A stretch of 64,000 nt of DNA from a virus (taxonomy: Duplodnaviria; Heunggongvirae; Uroviricota; Caudoviricetes), in IMG/VR virus record IMGVR_UViG_3300012667_000768; one strand, given 5' to 3'. How positions within the stretch are numbered: position 1 is the stretch's first letter; each line of letters starts with the position of its first letter. Positions 63,601 through 64,000 of the stretch are shown here, in pieces. A model generated the notes under the pieces. The model ran no database searches and was not told the origin of the DNA. It saw only the letters and a list, made by a program, of their open reading frames with translations. The translations under genes were made by a program, and so were the position numbers.

Positions 63601-63876
63601 AGAGGATTCATCGTCGGAGAGAAAGGCCCAGAGCTAATCACTCCAGAGACTCCAATTAACGTAACTCCTGCGAATGAGAATGCAGCATCTAACCCTGTAA
63701 ATGCTACAATCAACATCCAAGCAATCGACTCACAAGGTGTCCAAGACGTACTAGTCGCGCAGAAGGGTAACATCATTCAGATGCTACGTCAAGCCGCTAA
63801 TGCTAATGGACAACGTTTCCTAGAAGATGTAAACGTTAATGTTTACACAAGACCAAGTGTAGGTAAATTACTATGA
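57646..63876 (+). CDS. tape measure protein with embedded M23 (LytM) peptidase domain
   Basis: 2076 aa; extended coiled coils; HQGVDY...GAHLHQG M23 motifs near 62.2-62.5 kb; hydrophobic segments near the C-terminus. Confidence 0.8.
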   Translation: MATNKLVFEVVVSDGGTAKITQKGLENVGNAAENVTRKTKQAGKAQDELNYKLNQGTTGVSSAAKSFSKLNQAIGSGPNGLVGAYATLAANAFAVSAAFNVLKNASQVEQLFAGLEAQGARTGRSLTGVAKDLKEITGAAISSADAMRAVAQASTSGIKSDDIRRLTEVATASAKALGRDVPDSLNRLILGVTKAEPELVDELGLTIKLTESMDMYARQTGKTASSLSRLEKQQALVNAWATQGEAKFGALSESVDANPYAQLASAFTDLTNTILNFANNAGLASLVSFLANDKFALTAAILFFVSTIKNQLLPVFTEASKAAKDFAKARVSGLQDEKNALDKSQASLLAHKKANEDLLKGLGDVKTLPKYYGQWVQAEREGTEATVEHEKALRSLTASQSRFKSLSEKAIEAGDTEAADKYKVLQEERGRDITNLQGYATKKLAIETGIKEQELANVGLLTQIKREESLITAQTARADAIEALAKGELKASINSLMISTKAYNQQLIQEIVLKAEVAGVTDLAAVANNAQASSLLKLRVAGFAASTGIKAVGSAILTALPWIGLITLGLDLLWEALQFVIPDSWKKQWEAFEKLQENVENTSKKIEAYNKIINTSGDITQKSIAALTNRTNTLSEAIEAYEEYNKAIVESEAAQLSGEQQQQRANKYLIASVIPGLDLAMRGWDAWADSTNQELGIPLSSLTYQLMQITPASSDASKSAASMLAVFEKTLPGTVKEFAKLNNNFEEMDENTRNSAIQEFAERISPVIERARDSVDELSGSLTELSNNWADFIRSITPTTPYDKLTGSIDTTLRAIQNFKSNVANGVINQEDVNTLLQQVNEASSALPGAILGEQGIAIRDTIQETDNAIVKLRQQQGGLSSDSEAYLTIQRQISNLETDRLSLGNKLGAITSENLTTLQAQVSTSQLDNITLQSSIALAQARLGVIQRQGKISVQDVRNEIAAKNRVVDLQVQQIRANRVYLEIEHNKKVLELESATRRAEELRDLADRNQKELEGYEILLKGVKIRLQMEKQSSAIVSRIAEIDRQLTTIGDSGAQKENLQAAADEADRRVEAAERAEQLAAAALKANDAAATAAGMGRVTTAEETYQVNQQLLQIEQESWNLQKRINDASLERYVLSRNLLDIQQEGLGAETRQFEIIKEQARVKRLDEEKRFNFERRSLQIERDKASAEGRSDAVAILQRRIALLDQARVIEISNSKTQEEVSILSKMDLDTQQKKIELVQKSLEVLLKEADLRQTLLEKEQELVTLRQRNAVGGRELSETAQRAVAYRVAQEQLKLAKEQADLRRQSIIAEYTLLEAQRALLQDQLGARKTEADLLATTAQDPATRAAAQGISNVLAESINNLNAVSYSTLKQNALRIADLDINILEERARLAYNEIIGGFLEEVLGRNNPAWKMNKAIEDTAIIINQLKAGKSIEQASTNLDPSTRATIDSIDATTAASNSTTAAVNRLHDTVRNQSQAPQTQQAGNAVEEAAALSSALIRLPAFRSAFEMSSGFGTRSRPTRGASRNHQGVDYKYPEGTSLTAQLPGVVKFSGAMGGFGNVVDVYVGELEDGTKIFRRFAHMLDTAVKAGDRVNANTVIGRTGNTGTSTGAHLHQGTYMEDQRGRTTAMSPNWQPMVRQYGAEASEEASDQIIVTARASKAAMDAIAAGWSDSIKMARTEVAAGGEEIKLSFIESLAAVSPIINQMTEQLRTLGPQGELVASINEGMMTISTSIATIVQSLSTGFSEGYTKYIEEAQKKLQETGDLNVESMAKLQTQGEYTAGKLAVAFSAASAAIGAIAQMLNASSESRMANIDKEIAAEQKRDGKSKESVAKIDAMEKKKDSIARKSFNTNKKLMMAQAVMSTAAGIAGVLAHSAEYGPILTPILAGMIGAMGLAQIAIISGTQYESSYAPKSVETPSAISVGKRSDTINLAMGPNANAGGEVGYLRGAAGTGSSASNYNSIGSAYGGDLSRGYGNRGFIVGEKGPELITPETPINVTPANENAASNPVNATINIQAIDSQGVQDVLVAQKGNIIQMLRQAANANGQRFLEDVNVNVYTRPSVGKLL

Positions 63877-64000
63877 CAACATTTAGTACATTCTCGGATC
63901 TTTTACCAGATCCAAACAATAAAATAAATGCTGCTGGGGCTACCGACGCTAGTGGCTCTGCCGGTCCAGGATTCGCCAAAGTGAAGTTTAGTTCTCAGAA
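63873..64000 (+). CDS. distal tail protein, partial (runs off the window)
   Basis: ATG overlaps the tape measure stop (ATGACAACA). Confidence 0.4.
   Translation, partial: MTTFSTFSDLLPDPNNKINAAGATDASGSAGPGFAKVKFSSQ

Overview
This window looks like part of the genome of a large, probably virulent, tailed phage. It carries no integrase or repressor and has a very long tape-measure gene. Positions 1-38.6 kb are almost entirely minus-strand. They start with four tail-fibre genes, followed by about 70 small early or middle genes. Many of these have recognisable functions: S-adenosylmethionine decarboxylase, ThyX, dUTPase, deaminase, S21, a SleB-like hydrolase, a spanin pair, a phosphoesterase, an SPFH protein, a ppGpp-hydrolase-like HD protein, a pentapeptide-repeat protein, Myb-like proteins, a DEDDh exonuclease, a HAD hydrolase and an SGNH hydrolase. 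Each gene or operon is preceded by a near-consensus host-type promoter (TTGACT-N17-TATAAT) and is often closed by a bidirectional intrinsic terminator. A minus-strand locus at 20.2-22.0 kb runs from promoter to terminator with no coding sequence and contains four tRNAs, including an initiator-like tRNA-fMet. From 38.66 kb onward the genes are on the plus strand. They comprise a small-terminase-like gene, a lysis cassette, two secreted low-complexity proteins, the large terminase, an HNH endonuclease, the portal, a protease-scaffold-capsid fusion, connector and tail genes, and a 2076-aa tape measure with an M23 peptidase domain. The most unusual region is 31.4-36.4 kb. It holds six copies of a plus-strand promoter module followed by GGCGCC palindromes. 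Three of these copies face a minus-strand promoter 20-40 bp away. Perfect ATGATAT/ATATCAT palindromes lie nearby, and a four-member family of paralogous small proteins is interleaved with these elements. Several genes appear to be leaderless, with the -10 box 6-7 nt before the ATG. Coordinates of small features were worked out by hand and may be off by a base or two.
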